NCBI GenBank assembly: GCA_963666215.2
Contig: CAXWPL010000005.1
Coordinates: 1,504,001-1,568,000, forward strand
Reading direction: 5' to 3'
DNA length: 64,000 nt
Source: Acidobacteriota bacterium
GTDB taxonomy: Bacteria > Acidobacteriota > UBA890 > WLXD01
The position numbers were made by a program, and so were the translations under genes. Shown here one piece after another: positions 52,327 through 62,058 of this stretch; within the stretch, counting starts at the first letter, position 1, and every line of letters begins with the position of its first letter. The notes under the pieces were generated by a model that was not told the DNA's origin, did no database searches, and worked only from the letters and a program-made list of their open reading frames with translations.

Positions 52327-52636
52327 TCGAGCGAACGCATGGGCAGCTCGACGCCGTAATGCGCGGCTCGACGCGCGCCGAGCGGCGTGATTAGCAGGTA
52401 ATGGCGCCGCTATGGCAGCTATGCCGTGCGCGGCGCGGCGCATTGGCTGAACTCGGCTGAGCTAGTGCACAGCTCTGCCACGCCGATGGAATGAGGATCA
52501 GCTCACTGGCTAGGGAGTCGTGCGGTCGCTGCCGGCGCCGATGACCTTCGAGCACGAGGGCAAACAGTACATCGTCGTGGCCTTCGGCGACCGCACGACG
52601 AAGCCCGAGTTCATCGCCTTCGTGCTCAGGACCTAG
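52327..52636 (+). repeat. Composite repeat A-B-C, copy 1
   Basis: 52378-52636 is repeated at 54451-54715. Module C encodes PMTFEHEGKQYIVVAFG (a PQQ dehydrogenase C-terminus). Confidence 0.9.
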
Positions 52637-52771
52637 TAGGCGTCTGCGCGGCAGGAAACGAAACCGCACCAGTGCCCCCACTCTTCCGCCTTCCCGCGTG
52701 GTTTCTAGAATACCCATCCCTATCGCTACGTCGCCCTTCTTGCCTCGCGCCCAGGCTCATATAATCCAGCG

Positions 52772-54223
52772 ATGCCATTCTATCTCCAGGTCCACTCAGC
52801 GAAGCGCGCGAGTGGATCGCGACTCGCCTGTCTCGCACTGCTCTTCATCGCACTTCTAGGCGCCTCGTGCTCTACAGAGCCGGCGGTCGACAAGCCAAAC
52901 GTGCTGCTCATTACTCTCGACACCTTGCGAGCCGACCACCTTTCTTGCTACGGCTACGAGAAGGAGACCAGCCCCTTCCTGGACAGCCTGGCGGCAACGG
53001 GAACTCGGTTCGACGCGGCCTATGCAGCCAGCAACATCACCAAGCCATCGCACGCCTCCATTCTGACCGGCCTTTACCCGAAAAACCACGGCCTCCTGAG
53101 TAACAGCGAGGGGCTGCTCAATGATGCCATCACCACCTTGGCGGAATCGTTCAAAGATAGCGGCTACTTCACCTTCGCCGTCGTCGGTACCGATCTGCTG
53201 AACGACCGTCGTAGCGGCCTCGGGCAAGGATTCGACATTTTCGAAAACTCACCCCAACCTCAGCGCCGAGCGGAGGCAGTCACCCAGCTGGCGGTGGACC
53301 AGCTACACGAGTTGCCGAACAAACCGTTTTTCGCCTGGATTCATTTCTACGACCCCCACATCCCGTACAACCCGCCAAAGGTTTTGGTAGAGCATTTTTC
53401 ATCGCCAACACCCAACTCCGTGCCGACCAATCTGGAGGTAAGGCCATTTCGCGAGGACCAGATGGTCAAGGGAGCCATCCCTGCTTCATCGAGTCTGCCA
53501 GGCGTCACCGATCCAAGCGTTTACTCGGCGGCCTATGACGGTGAAATCGCCTACCTGGACTATGCCCTCAAGATCTTGTTTAACAACCTGGAACTTGTCG
53601 GTCGGCGCAACAACACAATCGTCGGTATCACGGCAGACCACGGCGAGATGCTCGGCGAGCGCGGAATTTTCTACAACCACGCCTCCCTCTACGAGCCCGT
53701 GATAAGAGTGCCCATGATCCTCGTGGCAACCGACCATCGACTGCCTCCGGTAGTCGAAACGGTAGTCGAGAACATCGACCTCGGGCTGACCTTGCTGGAG
53801 CTCGCCGGGCTGGAAGCGCCGAGCAATCTCGACGCCAAGAGCCTTATTCCCGCCTTGGCCGGCCGAGCATCACCAGCAACAAATCGAGCCTTCTCGCAGC
53901 ACTCCTACGACCTGTTGATCTCGCTACGCACCTCAACCGACACGCTAGTTCTTCCCATCCCATCGGCGGAAAAGATCATCGTGACCCCCTTCTCACGCTT
54001 CGATCGATCGACCTATCTACAATACGTCAGCGGCGAGCTGCCCATTCTCATAAGTAGCTCCGAGCCCGGCCAAAACATCTACTCAAAGAATCCCGAGCGA
54101 GCGCAGAGCTTGCAGGCAGACCTGGAAGACTGGTATGCGGAACGCCGGCAAACTCCAGCACCAATTCGGGGAAACCTGAGCGAAGAGGAAAAACGACAGC
54201 TGGAAGCTCTCGGCTATCTGTAG
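52772..54223 (+). CDS. Sulfatase-like lipoprotein (TxPSH type)
   Basis: GASC lipobox, PNVLLITLDTLRAD, TKPSHASILTGLYP, WIHFYDPH, ADHGE, LEALGYL. Confidence 0.88.
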   Translation: MPFYLQVHSAKRASGSRLACLALLFIALLGASCSTEPAVDKPNVLLITLDTLRADHLSCYGYEKETSPFLDSLAATGTRFDAAYAASNITKPSHASILTGLYPKNHGLLSNSEGLLNDAITTLAESFKDSGYFTFAVVGTDLLNDRRSGLGQGFDIFENSPQPQRRAEAVTQLAVDQLHELPNKPFFAWIHFYDPHIPYNPPKVLVEHFSSPTPNSVPTNLEVRPFREDQMVKGAIPASSSLPGVTDPSVYSAAYDGEIAYLDYALKILFNNLELVGRRNNTIVGITADHGEMLGERGIFYNHASLYEPVIRVPMILVATDHRLPPVVETVVENIDLGLTLLELAGLEAPSNLDAKSLIPALAGRASPATNRAFSQHSYDLLISLRTSTDTLVLPIPSAEKIIVTPFSRFDRSTYLQYVSGELPILISSSEPGQNIYSKNPERAQSLQADLEDWYAERRQTPAPIRGNLSEEEKRQLEALGYL

Positions 54224-54450
54224 CGCTCTCAGGGCCTAGCCCTGGGCAGAGGTTGGACGCACTCGACAACCGTGACACCGCGGTGTCGATGACGACCGGC
54301 GGGAACTGAGTCGGGCAGCAAGTCCGCTAGCGGCAGGAGCTGAACCTCGCACAGCCTCCTCTCTGACGACCGCCGCTGACTACCGGAACGGATCACACCT
54401 GAGGAGCACCAAGGCCAGAAATCCGATTGCAGAACTTGACGCACACAACT

Positions 54451-54715
54451 CCGAGCGGCGTGATTAGCAGGTAATGGCGCCGCTATGGCAGCTATGCCGT
54501 GCGCGTCGCGTCGCACTCGCTGAACTCGGCTGAGCTAGTGCTAGTGCACAGCTCTGCCACGCCGATGGAATGAGGATCAGCTCACTGGCTAGGGAGTCGT
54601 GCGGTCGCTGCCGGCGCCGATGACCTTCGAGCACGAGGGCAAACAGTACATCGTCGTGGCCTTCGGCGACCGCACGACGAAGCCCGAGCTCATCGGCTTC
54701 GTGCTCGGGACCTAG
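54451..54715 (+). repeat. Composite repeat A-B-C, copy 2
   Basis: Direct repeat of 52378-52636. Confidence 0.9.
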
Positions 54716-54716
54716 A

Positions 54717-54859
54717 GGAGCGTGTCCGAGTGTTCCTTCTGAGCCGTTCCCCGGAGCGAATAGGAAGCACCGCCCGGGTGCGCCGTCCTCGGCGCCAAAA
54801 GGCAACTAGCCGGGGCGCGCCTAGCGCAGGAAATGATAGCCATCATTTCCTGCGCTAGG
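54717..54859. repeat. Repeat module D plus perfect palindrome E
   Basis: 54717-54811 matches the reverse complement of 61851-61945. 54820-54859 is CCTAGCGCAGGAAATGAT-agcc-ATCATTTCCTGCGCTAGG. Confidence 0.88.
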
Positions 54860-56545
54860 CTAGTTCTCGAAGCCGATCGGCTCGATGTTGCAGATCGAGT
54901 AGGTCAACGGCGGGCGAGGACCCCAAAGCGGCTCGACCGTGATCGATCGCCAGTCTTCGATCTCCTCCTCGAGCGACTGGATCACCTCGGGGCGCTCACC
55001 CGCGAGGTTGTTCTGTTCGCGCACGTCCACAGATAGGTCGTAGAGGAAGCCCAGGGGCTCATCCTGGTTGGGCTTGATGAGCTTCATATCGCCCTGGCGA
55101 ACCGCAATGGCCGGAGACATGCGGAATACCAGACGGTCGTGATGCGAACCCCCACCCCCTTCCTCGAACAGCGGCAGGAGATTGTGACCGTCGAGGGCGA
55201 GACCCTCGGGCGCGGTCTGCCCCGCGGCGGCGATTGCGGTTGGCAGGATGTCGAGTGAAGACACCGGCGTGCTCACCCGGCTACCCGCTTCGATCGCCTG
55301 TGGCCACCGCATCAAGAACGGCACTCGCACGCCGCCCTCGTAGAAGGTGGCCTTGCCGCCCGAAAGCGGCTCGCAAGAGCACAGTCCCGGGACATAGCCT
55401 GCGCAGCCGTTATCGCCGAGGAAAACGACGAGGGTGTTGTCGGCAAGACCGTTCTCCTCGAGAGTGTCGAGGATGCGCCCGACCGCATCGTCGAGGGCAG
55501 CGATCATCCCGAAGTAGATGCGCAGGAGCTCGTTTTTCTGGTCCGGAAAGCGGTCGTAGTGCTCCTGGGTGACTTGAAAGGGCGAATGCGGCGCATTGAA
55601 CGCGGACTAAAGAAAAAAGGGCTCGTCTTTGTGCCGGCTGATGAAGTCGACCGATCTCTCACCGAATACGTCGGTGATGTACTCCGCCACTTCGCGGACC
55701 GTCCTCTCGGGCCCTTCGACGATTTGGTTGCCTCCGCTTCGGTTGGGCGGAGAGAGGGGCTCGCTTCCACGAACGAGGAGATCAGTGCGCGGGTCTTCAG
55801 GCGGTCTGGCACGAAGTTCGTCGTCGAACGCCATCGAATGAACCCCTTGCGAGAGCACATTGACGAATTGCGTTGCTCCCGAGAGATGACCGTAGAACTC
55901 GTCGAAGCCGCGATGGGTCGGATAGTGTTCGTCTTTGAAACCGAGGTGCCACTTGCCAACGATGCCGGTCGCGTAGCCGGCGCGCTTGAGATGATCGGCG
56001 ATCGTCAGCTCACCGGCGATGAGGCCGACATCAGGCACCTCGGGTGACTCGCGAGCGTTGTGCTCGAAGCCATAGCGCTGCTGGTAACGACCGGTCATGA
56101 GGGCCGCGCGCGAAGGCGAGCAAACCGGCGTGGTCACATAGCCCTGCTCGAAGATCGCGCCCTCTTTGCCGATGCGATCGATGTTGGGTGTCGCCACCCG
56201 GTCGCCGTAGGTCGAGATGTCGGCATAGCCGAGATCGTCGGCGAGGATCACGATGATGTTCGGTTGACGTGCCGGCTCCGGAGCCTGGGCTCTCTCCGCC
56301 GCTGAGGGATCCGACCCCTCGTTTGCGCAGGCGCTCAAGGCCAACGCGACAAGACATATCAACCCTAGACCAGCGTTTCCGAAGTTCGCGCCACCTATCT
56401 CGGCCCCTTCTGCCCGCTGGCAGCGTTGCACCTCCTCGACAGATTCCCAATATGCCTGCGTCGGCGCGCCTTGCCAGCGAACAGAATGACCTCGAGCTAT
56501 GCGACTCGAACTTCGGAAACGCTGGTCTACTGTCAGCGTTCTCAT
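54860..56545 (-). pseudogene. Cys-type arylsulfatase lipoprotein with a MITE in the signal peptide and an in-frame TAG at 55607-09
   Basis: PNIIVILADDLGY, CSPSRAALMTGRY, GKWHLG, PFFL*SAFNAPH, GDNG, YEGGVRVP. Confidence 0.88.
56368..56527. mobile_element. 160-bp MITE with a TA target duplication (IS630-like)
   Basis: Perfect 21-bp TIR GACCAGCGTTTCCGAAGTTCG; TA on both sides. Confidence 0.9.
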
Positions 56546-56650
56546 TTACAGTGCCTCCGCCAAATCCGCCAGGGGTCTACAGCCTCGGTGCGCTCATCGC
56601 GGGCCGCGCTTCTTTGAGTATACTACCGGCAACAGAGGAGAGGAGATCTG

Positions 56651-57199
56651 ATGTCGACCTTCACGCAGAGAGTGATCGGAGCCGCGAAACTCGACGTCGA
56701 TATCTACGAAGAGGTCGAGGCGGACACCAGCGCCATGGGTCAGGCGATGACCCTGGTGGTTCTGTCGAGCTTGGCGGCCGGCGTCGTGAGCTTCCGCGAG
56801 GTCGGCATTGTCGGTGTCCTAATCACCAGCATACTTTCCCTCCTTGGCTGGTTCATTTGGGCGGGTGTGACCTACCTGATCGGCACGAAGATCCTCCCCG
56901 AGCCGCAGACCGATTCGAACGTCGGCGAGCTGTTGCGCACCATCGGCTTCGCGTCGAGTCCCGGCTTGCTTCGCGTCTTCGGGTTCCTGCCGGCCGTCGG
57001 CTCCATCATCAACTTCGTCGTGGGCATCTGGATGCTGGTCGCGATGGTGGTGGCGGTACGACAGGCTCTCGACTACAAGGGCACCGGTCGAGCGATCGGA
57101 GTTTGTCTGATCGGCTGGCTCTTCTACTTTCTTGTGGGGGTCTTTGCCATCTTCATCCTGGCCGGCCTGGGTCTCGTCGCCGGGGACTCCGCCGGCTGA
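56651..57199 (+). CDS. YIP1-family membrane protein
   Basis: YEEVEAD, LLRTIGFASSPG, VAVRQALD; about 5 TM helices; strong RBS. Confidence 0.75.
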   Translation: MSTFTQRVIGAAKLDVDIYEEVEADTSAMGQAMTLVVLSSLAAGVVSFREVGIVGVLITSILSLLGWFIWAGVTYLIGTKILPEPQTDSNVGELLRTIGFASSPGLLRVFGFLPAVGSIINFVVGIWMLVAMVVAVRQALDYKGTGRAIGVCLIGWLFYFLVGVFAIFILAGLGLVAGDSAG

Positions 57200-57467
57200 A
57201 TAGCGCCGCCGATGGCCTGACGGCACCGGCCCTCGCTTACCGCGGGCGCTAGCGCCAACTCACGAAAGAACGCGCCGAGGAAGCGGTCCGCTGGATCGAG
57301 CTCCTGGCACAACTGGTTCCAGGATCGCGAAAGTCTCGTGCCGATCGATCGGGATGTCGCCTTCTTCATGGACGCAACACGGAGAGAGGCCTGGTGCCAC
57401 TTGCGAGGCCGACTGTGATAAACAGTCCACGACCTAACGACAATCTCAATCTCGAGGAGGGAACGCT

Positions 57468-58292
57468 ATGACAAGCATGGTGAAGGGGCAGGCCCGTTCC
57501 AAAAGCAGCGTGCTGGGCTGGGTAGGGGTTTCGATCGTGATCGCGGTGGTGCTTGCACTCGGCTGTGGCGGCGGCGGGGCGCCGGACGAGGGCGAGGCAG
57601 CCGCCGACGCCGAGGCGGCCGCCGACGTCGAGGCGCCGGTATCGTACCCGGATGCGGTGACCGCCGATCCGGATCACTACTCGGTGGAGTTCGAGAACGA
57701 TGCGGTGCGGGTGCTGCGCATCCGCTACGGCGCCGGCGAGTCGTCGGTGATGCACCATCACCCCCCGAACTGCGCGGTGTTCCTGTCGGACCAGCCGACG
57801 ACGTTCGAGCTGCCGTCAGGAGAGGTCGTGGAGCAGCCGCAGGGCGAGACCGGTCAGGTGACGTGCACGGACGGTGAGGACCATCTGCCGACCAACACCG
57901 GCGACGAGGGCCTCGAGCTTATCCTGGTAGAGATGAGTGACAGCGCGATGGCCGGCACGGACGCGATGCCGGAGTACCCGGATGCGGTGACCGCCGATCC
58001 GGATCACTACTCGGTGGAGTTCGAGAACGACACGGTAAGGCTGGTGAGGATTCGCTACGGGCCGGGCGAGACGTCGGTGATGCACCACCATCCGGCGAAC
58101 TGCGTGATCTTCCTGAAGGACCAGCCGACGACGTTCGAGTTGCCGTCGGGAGAGGTCGTGGAGCAGCCGCAGGGCGAGACCGGTCAGGTGGCCTGCGACG
58201 ACGCGGAGGCGCACCTGCCGACGAACACCGGCGACGAGGGGCTCGAGGTATTGCTGGTGGAGATGAAGGGGCGCGCGGCGGCCGGCGGGTGA
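57468..58292 (+). CDS. Lipoprotein with two tandem cupin-like domains
   Basis: Lipobox ALGC; the FENDxVRxxRIRYGxGExSVMHHHP...HLPTN unit occurs twice (DNA repeat 57644-57936 / 57974-58266). Confidence 0.8.
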   Translation: MTSMVKGQARSKSSVLGWVGVSIVIAVVLALGCGGGGAPDEGEAAADAEAAADVEAPVSYPDAVTADPDHYSVEFENDAVRVLRIRYGAGESSVMHHHPPNCAVFLSDQPTTFELPSGEVVEQPQGETGQVTCTDGEDHLPTNTGDEGLELILVEMSDSAMAGTDAMPEYPDAVTADPDHYSVEFENDTVRLVRIRYGPGETSVMHHHPANCVIFLKDQPTTFELPSGEVVEQPQGETGQVACDDAEAHLPTNTGDEGLEVLLVEMKGRAAAGG

Positions 58293-58460
58293 GGCTCGGC
58301 GCGCGTTCTGGCGCGCTGTGTAGGCAGGCTAGCCCCGACAGATGCTTGCCGCAGTGCCGTAAAGCATCACCTTCCTTCGTCGTCGTCGGGGTGACCGGGG
58401 GGATACTAGGAAAATACAAGCCCTGTGTGGCACGATGAGGCTATCAACCGGGGGAGTACC

Positions 58461-59738
58461 ATGGACCAGCGCAAGGTCATCGCGAATCAAATTGCAGCGG
58501 TTGGGGAGACAGTCTTGTCGGCTTATGTGCCTCCCCCGCAACGCACGAAAGGGCAGCCGGCACCCATCGCTGCGAACGGAGGTTTGTCCTACATGTCGCT
58601 CGATCGGGGCGGGGATGCAGGAACTGCGGCGGCGACGGAGGCGGCGTTCACCCAGATTGCCGAGGGGCACGGGCGGGCGGTTATCGACATGCTCGACAAC
58701 GCTCCCCCCGGACCCATCGAGACCAAGTGGGGCGCCGGGTTTCGTCGCTACGCAGAGTGCCTGGAATATATTAGGGCGAACAACATCGAAGCTCCTGAAG
58801 GCGGCCTCGCTCTTCCGCTGCGCTACACCGTCCACGAGCAGCCGTCCTACTCCATCGTCTCGTCCAACGCCCTCTGGCGGGACCCGGCGCGTGAGGCCGA
58901 GGCAGAAGCATTGCGCAAGGAGGAGAAGGACATCGGGCGGCGATGCCTCTATTTTCCGCAGGTGATGCGCGATGCTCGACGAGTGGAGGAGTACTACCCA
59001 GGTCTGAAGCCGACCAGCCCCGAGTGTATGGACAAGCTTGGCCTCTCGCTGGCGCACTGCGAGTCCGAGTGCGCGAACTTCTACGACGCAGCGGAGGTGG
59101 AGCGCGTGTTCTACCCGGAGATCGAGAAGCTCCTGCTGGAGTTTTTCCCGGGCGCGACGGATGCGTTCGTGTACAACCACGACGTATTCGACAAGGACTA
59201 CCAGGGAGACCGCACCGAGGACCAGGACAACAAGAACCCCGGTGTGAACGCCAACTACGCCAACCTCGTGCACAACGACTTGAACGACAACAGTGGTCGC
59301 ATGCGCTGCCGCGAGCTGCTAACCAAGAACCTGCGAAACTTCGGGCGCGAGCAGCGCTATACGGAAGAGCAGGCCGACGCGAAGATGTCGCGGCGCTTCA
59401 TGTCGATCAACCTCGCCAAGCCGATAGAGACTGTGCGTCAGAACCCTTTCGTGCTCTGCGCCTGGCCCTCTTTCGTCGACCAGCCGTACATCACCAACTA
59501 CCGCGTCTACGATGACCGCGTCGGCGAGACCACCCGCTTCACCTACCACCCAGACCACGAGTGGTACTGGTTCCCCCAGCAGACGCCCAGCGAGGTCTCG
59601 ATGCTCAAGTGCTACGACTCTGTCACCGACGGCTCCGTCTCGCGCTGGTCTTTCCACACTGCCTGCATCGACCCGACCGCGCCCGACGATGCTCCCTGCC
59701 GCAGGAACGTCGTGGTCCGATCCTACGTCTTCTTCTAG
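58461..59738 (+). CDS. CmcJ/NvfI-like oxidoreductase with an N-terminal extension
   Basis: FYPEIEKLL, VHND, HEWYWFP.QTPSEV..LKCYDS, FHTACIDP...CRRNVVVR. Confidence 0.72.
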   Translation: MDQRKVIANQIAAVGETVLSAYVPPPQRTKGQPAPIAANGGLSYMSLDRGGDAGTAAATEAAFTQIAEGHGRAVIDMLDNAPPGPIETKWGAGFRRYAECLEYIRANNIEAPEGGLALPLRYTVHEQPSYSIVSSNALWRDPAREAEAEALRKEEKDIGRRCLYFPQVMRDARRVEEYYPGLKPTSPECMDKLGLSLAHCESECANFYDAAEVERVFYPEIEKLLLEFFPGATDAFVYNHDVFDKDYQGDRTEDQDNKNPGVNANYANLVHNDLNDNSGRMRCRELLTKNLRNFGREQRYTEEQADAKMSRRFMSINLAKPIETVRQNPFVLCAWPSFVDQPYITNYRVYDDRVGETTRFTYHPDHEWYWFPQQTPSEVSMLKCYDSVTDGSVSRWSFHTACIDPTAPDDAPCRRNVVVRSYVFF

Positions 59739-59865
59739 GCGCGATAGACGCGCGCGGCGATGCCGTAGAACATCGCCTGCTTCTCTCGTCCTCCGAGAAG
59801 CCAGCCACGATCTTCCTTAAGCCGTTCCACAGCACGGGGTAGGAGATCGAGAGTTTGTCGACCGC

Positions 59866-59945
59866 GATTCGGACTTCTCGGCGGCAGTTTCACCGTGTGC
59901 ACACCGCTGCACTCGAGGATCTCCTTGAACATGTGGGCGTCGCGC
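59866..59945 (-). pseudogene. Short integrase-core transposase remnant
   Basis: RDAHMFKEILECSGVHTVKLPPRSPN. Confidence 0.6.
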
Positions 59946-60017
59946 CAGCGGAGCCTCGACCTTGAACTCTCTCTAGGGTACTGTCGAATTAGACCTCTGG
60001 GCGCCAGAGTCGACAAA

Positions 60018-61751
60018 ATGGACGACGGCCGTAGACCACCGCTTCCTCGGAAGCCGCTCAGGCTGTGGCCCGGCGTGCTCGCCGCGGCTCTGCTGTGTCT
60101 GTTCAGGTTCGTGGTCCCTTTCGTCTGGCCCGAAACCATGATTTTCGGGATCCTTGGCGGAGCCATCTGCTCGTTGGCGATCATCGTGTGGTGGGCACTC
60201 TTGAGTCGGGCACCAGGGCTCGAGCGTTGGGGGACACTCGGCCTCATGGTGATCACCCTCTTCGCGACGCGGCCCCTCCTCCACGAATCACTGGCGCAGG
60301 CGGGTCAGGGGATCTTGTTTTTCGTCTACGCTGTCCCTGCTCTGGTCCTCGGCCTCGTAGCGGGGGCGATGGCCGGCCGTCGCCTTTCCACCGGGGGTCG
60401 GCGCGCGACGATGGTCGCGACGATCCTGATCGCGAGTGGAGTGTGGATCCTCCTTCGGACTGGTGGCGTCAGTGGCAGCGGCGCATCGGACTTCGCTTGG
60501 CGCTGGTCGCCGACCCCCGAAGAGCGATTGCTTGCTGCAGCCGACGAGGATATGGCCCGGGTGTCGCCGACTCCGCCGGAGGGGGTTGCGGGCGCCGATT
60601 GGCCCGGCTTTCGCGGGCCGCATCGCAACGGCATCATCCGGGGTGTTCGAGTCAAAACGGACTGGTCCGCTTCGCCGCCGGTCGAGCTCTGGCGCCGGCC
60701 CGTCGGACCGGGCTGGTCGTCTTTCGCCGTCTATGGCGACCTGTTCTACACCCAAGAGCAGAGAGGCGGCGATGAGGTCGTGGCCGCCTACCGTCTAGCC
60801 AGCGGCGAGCCGGTATGGAGACATAGCGATTCGGCTCGGTTCTGGGAGGCGAACGGCGGCGCGGGTCCGCGCGCAACACCGACTGTCAGCAACGGTCGCG
60901 TCTACACCTTCGGCGCGACGGGCATCGTGAACGCACTCGATGCCGCTGACGGCACCCTCTTGTGGTCGCGCAGCGCAGCGGCCGACACGGGAGCCGAGGC
61001 CCCGTTCTGGGGCTTTTCGAGCTCGCCGCTGCTGGTCGGCGACATCGTGGTCATCTCCGCGGACGACGCGCTCGTCGCCTACGAGCTCGCCTCCGGCGAT
61101 CCGCGTTGGTTCGGCCCGAGACCGGTGGGGAGCGAGAGCTATAGCTCCCCACATCTGGCGACGATCGACGGGATCGAGCAGATCCTGCTGATCAGCGGAG
61201 CCGGAGCGGTCGGCGTAGCGCCGGCCGACGGCACGCTGCTCTGGCAGCACCCCTGGCCCGGTAGCCCCATCGTACAGCCGGCCCTGACCGCCGACGGCGA
61301 TGTCCTGATAACCATTCCCGGTGCCAGTGGTTCGCTCGGTATGCGCCGCATCGGTGTCGCTTACGCATCCGGCCGATGGAGCATCGAAGAGCGCTGGACC
61401 TCGAACCGGCTGAAGCCGTTCTTCAATGATTTCGTCATCCACAAGGGCCACGTTTACGGCTTCGACGGTGGCATTCTCGCCTGCATCGACATCGAGGACG
61501 GCACTCGTCAATGGAAAGGTGGGCGCTACGGTCACGGCCAGCTCGTCTTGCTGGCCGACCAGGACGTGCTGCTGGTGTTGTCTGAGCGCGGCGAGCTCGC
61601 GCTGGTCGGCGCGACCCCGGACGAGTTCACAGAGCTCGGGCGCTTCCCGGCGATCGAGAGCAAGACGTGGAACCATCCGGCGCTGGTCGGCGACATCCTT
61701 CTGGTACGCAACGCCCAGGAGATGGCCGCCTTCCGGCTGGCCCTCGAGTAG
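60018..61751 (+). CDS. Membrane-anchored PQQ-binding-like beta-propeller protein
   Basis: N-terminal TM helices, DWPGFRGP, GPRATP, SSPLLV, YSSP, TWNHPAL. Confidence 0.88.
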   Translation: MDDGRRPPLPRKPLRLWPGVLAAALLCLFRFVVPFVWPETMIFGILGGAICSLAIIVWWALLSRAPGLERWGTLGLMVITLFATRPLLHESLAQAGQGILFFVYAVPALVLGLVAGAMAGRRLSTGGRRATMVATILIASGVWILLRTGGVSGSGASDFAWRWSPTPEERLLAAADEDMARVSPTPPEGVAGADWPGFRGPHRNGIIRGVRVKTDWSASPPVELWRRPVGPGWSSFAVYGDLFYTQEQRGGDEVVAAYRLASGEPVWRHSDSARFWEANGGAGPRATPTVSNGRVYTFGATGIVNALDAADGTLLWSRSAAADTGAEAPFWGFSSSPLLVGDIVVISADDALVAYELASGDPRWFGPRPVGSESYSSPHLATIDGIEQILLISGAGAVGVAPADGTLLWQHPWPGSPIVQPALTADGDVLITIPGASGSLGMRRIGVAYASGRWSIEERWTSNRLKPFFNDFVIHKGHVYGFDGGILACIDIEDGTRQWKGGRYGHGQLVLLADQDVLLVLSERGELALVGATPDEFTELGRFPAIESKTWNHPALVGDILLVRNAQEMAAFRLALE

Positions 61752-61815
61752 AGCGCTCGCTCCGGGCGCATGATGAGTGGGAACCAGCTCACTCAGCCGC
61801 TCCCCCAGCAGCACG

Positions 61816-61945
61816 CCTAGCCTCCAGAAATGATTCCTATCATTTCCTGCGGCTAGTTGTCCTTTGGCGCCGAGGACGGCGCACTCAGGCGTTGCTTCCT
61901 ATTCGCTCACGGAAACGGCTCAGGAAGAATACTCGGAACGCTCCT
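61816..61945. repeat. Degenerate palindrome E plus module D (inverted relative to 54717-54859)
   Basis: CCTAGC..AGAAATGATTCCTATCATTTCCTGCGGCTAG followed by the D sequence. Confidence 0.85.
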
Positions 61946-62058
61946 GGCCCAGTCAAAGCGACGCAGTCCGTGTCCGTCTGGGGCCGCTGGTATTGCGGTC
62001 TCGAGTCGGTTCATGGGAGGTAGAATGCTCGACGCGAACCACCACCAAGGAGAGAACC

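Noticed and set aside
52327-54859. Integron cassette with attC sites
   Set aside because: No RYYYAAC...GTTRRRY paired ends and no integron integrase in the window.
35985-55609. TAG recoding (pyrrolysine or codon reassignment)
   Set aside because: The in-frame TAGs replace different expected residues (L, Y, Q), many intact genes end in TAG, and no pyl genes are seen.
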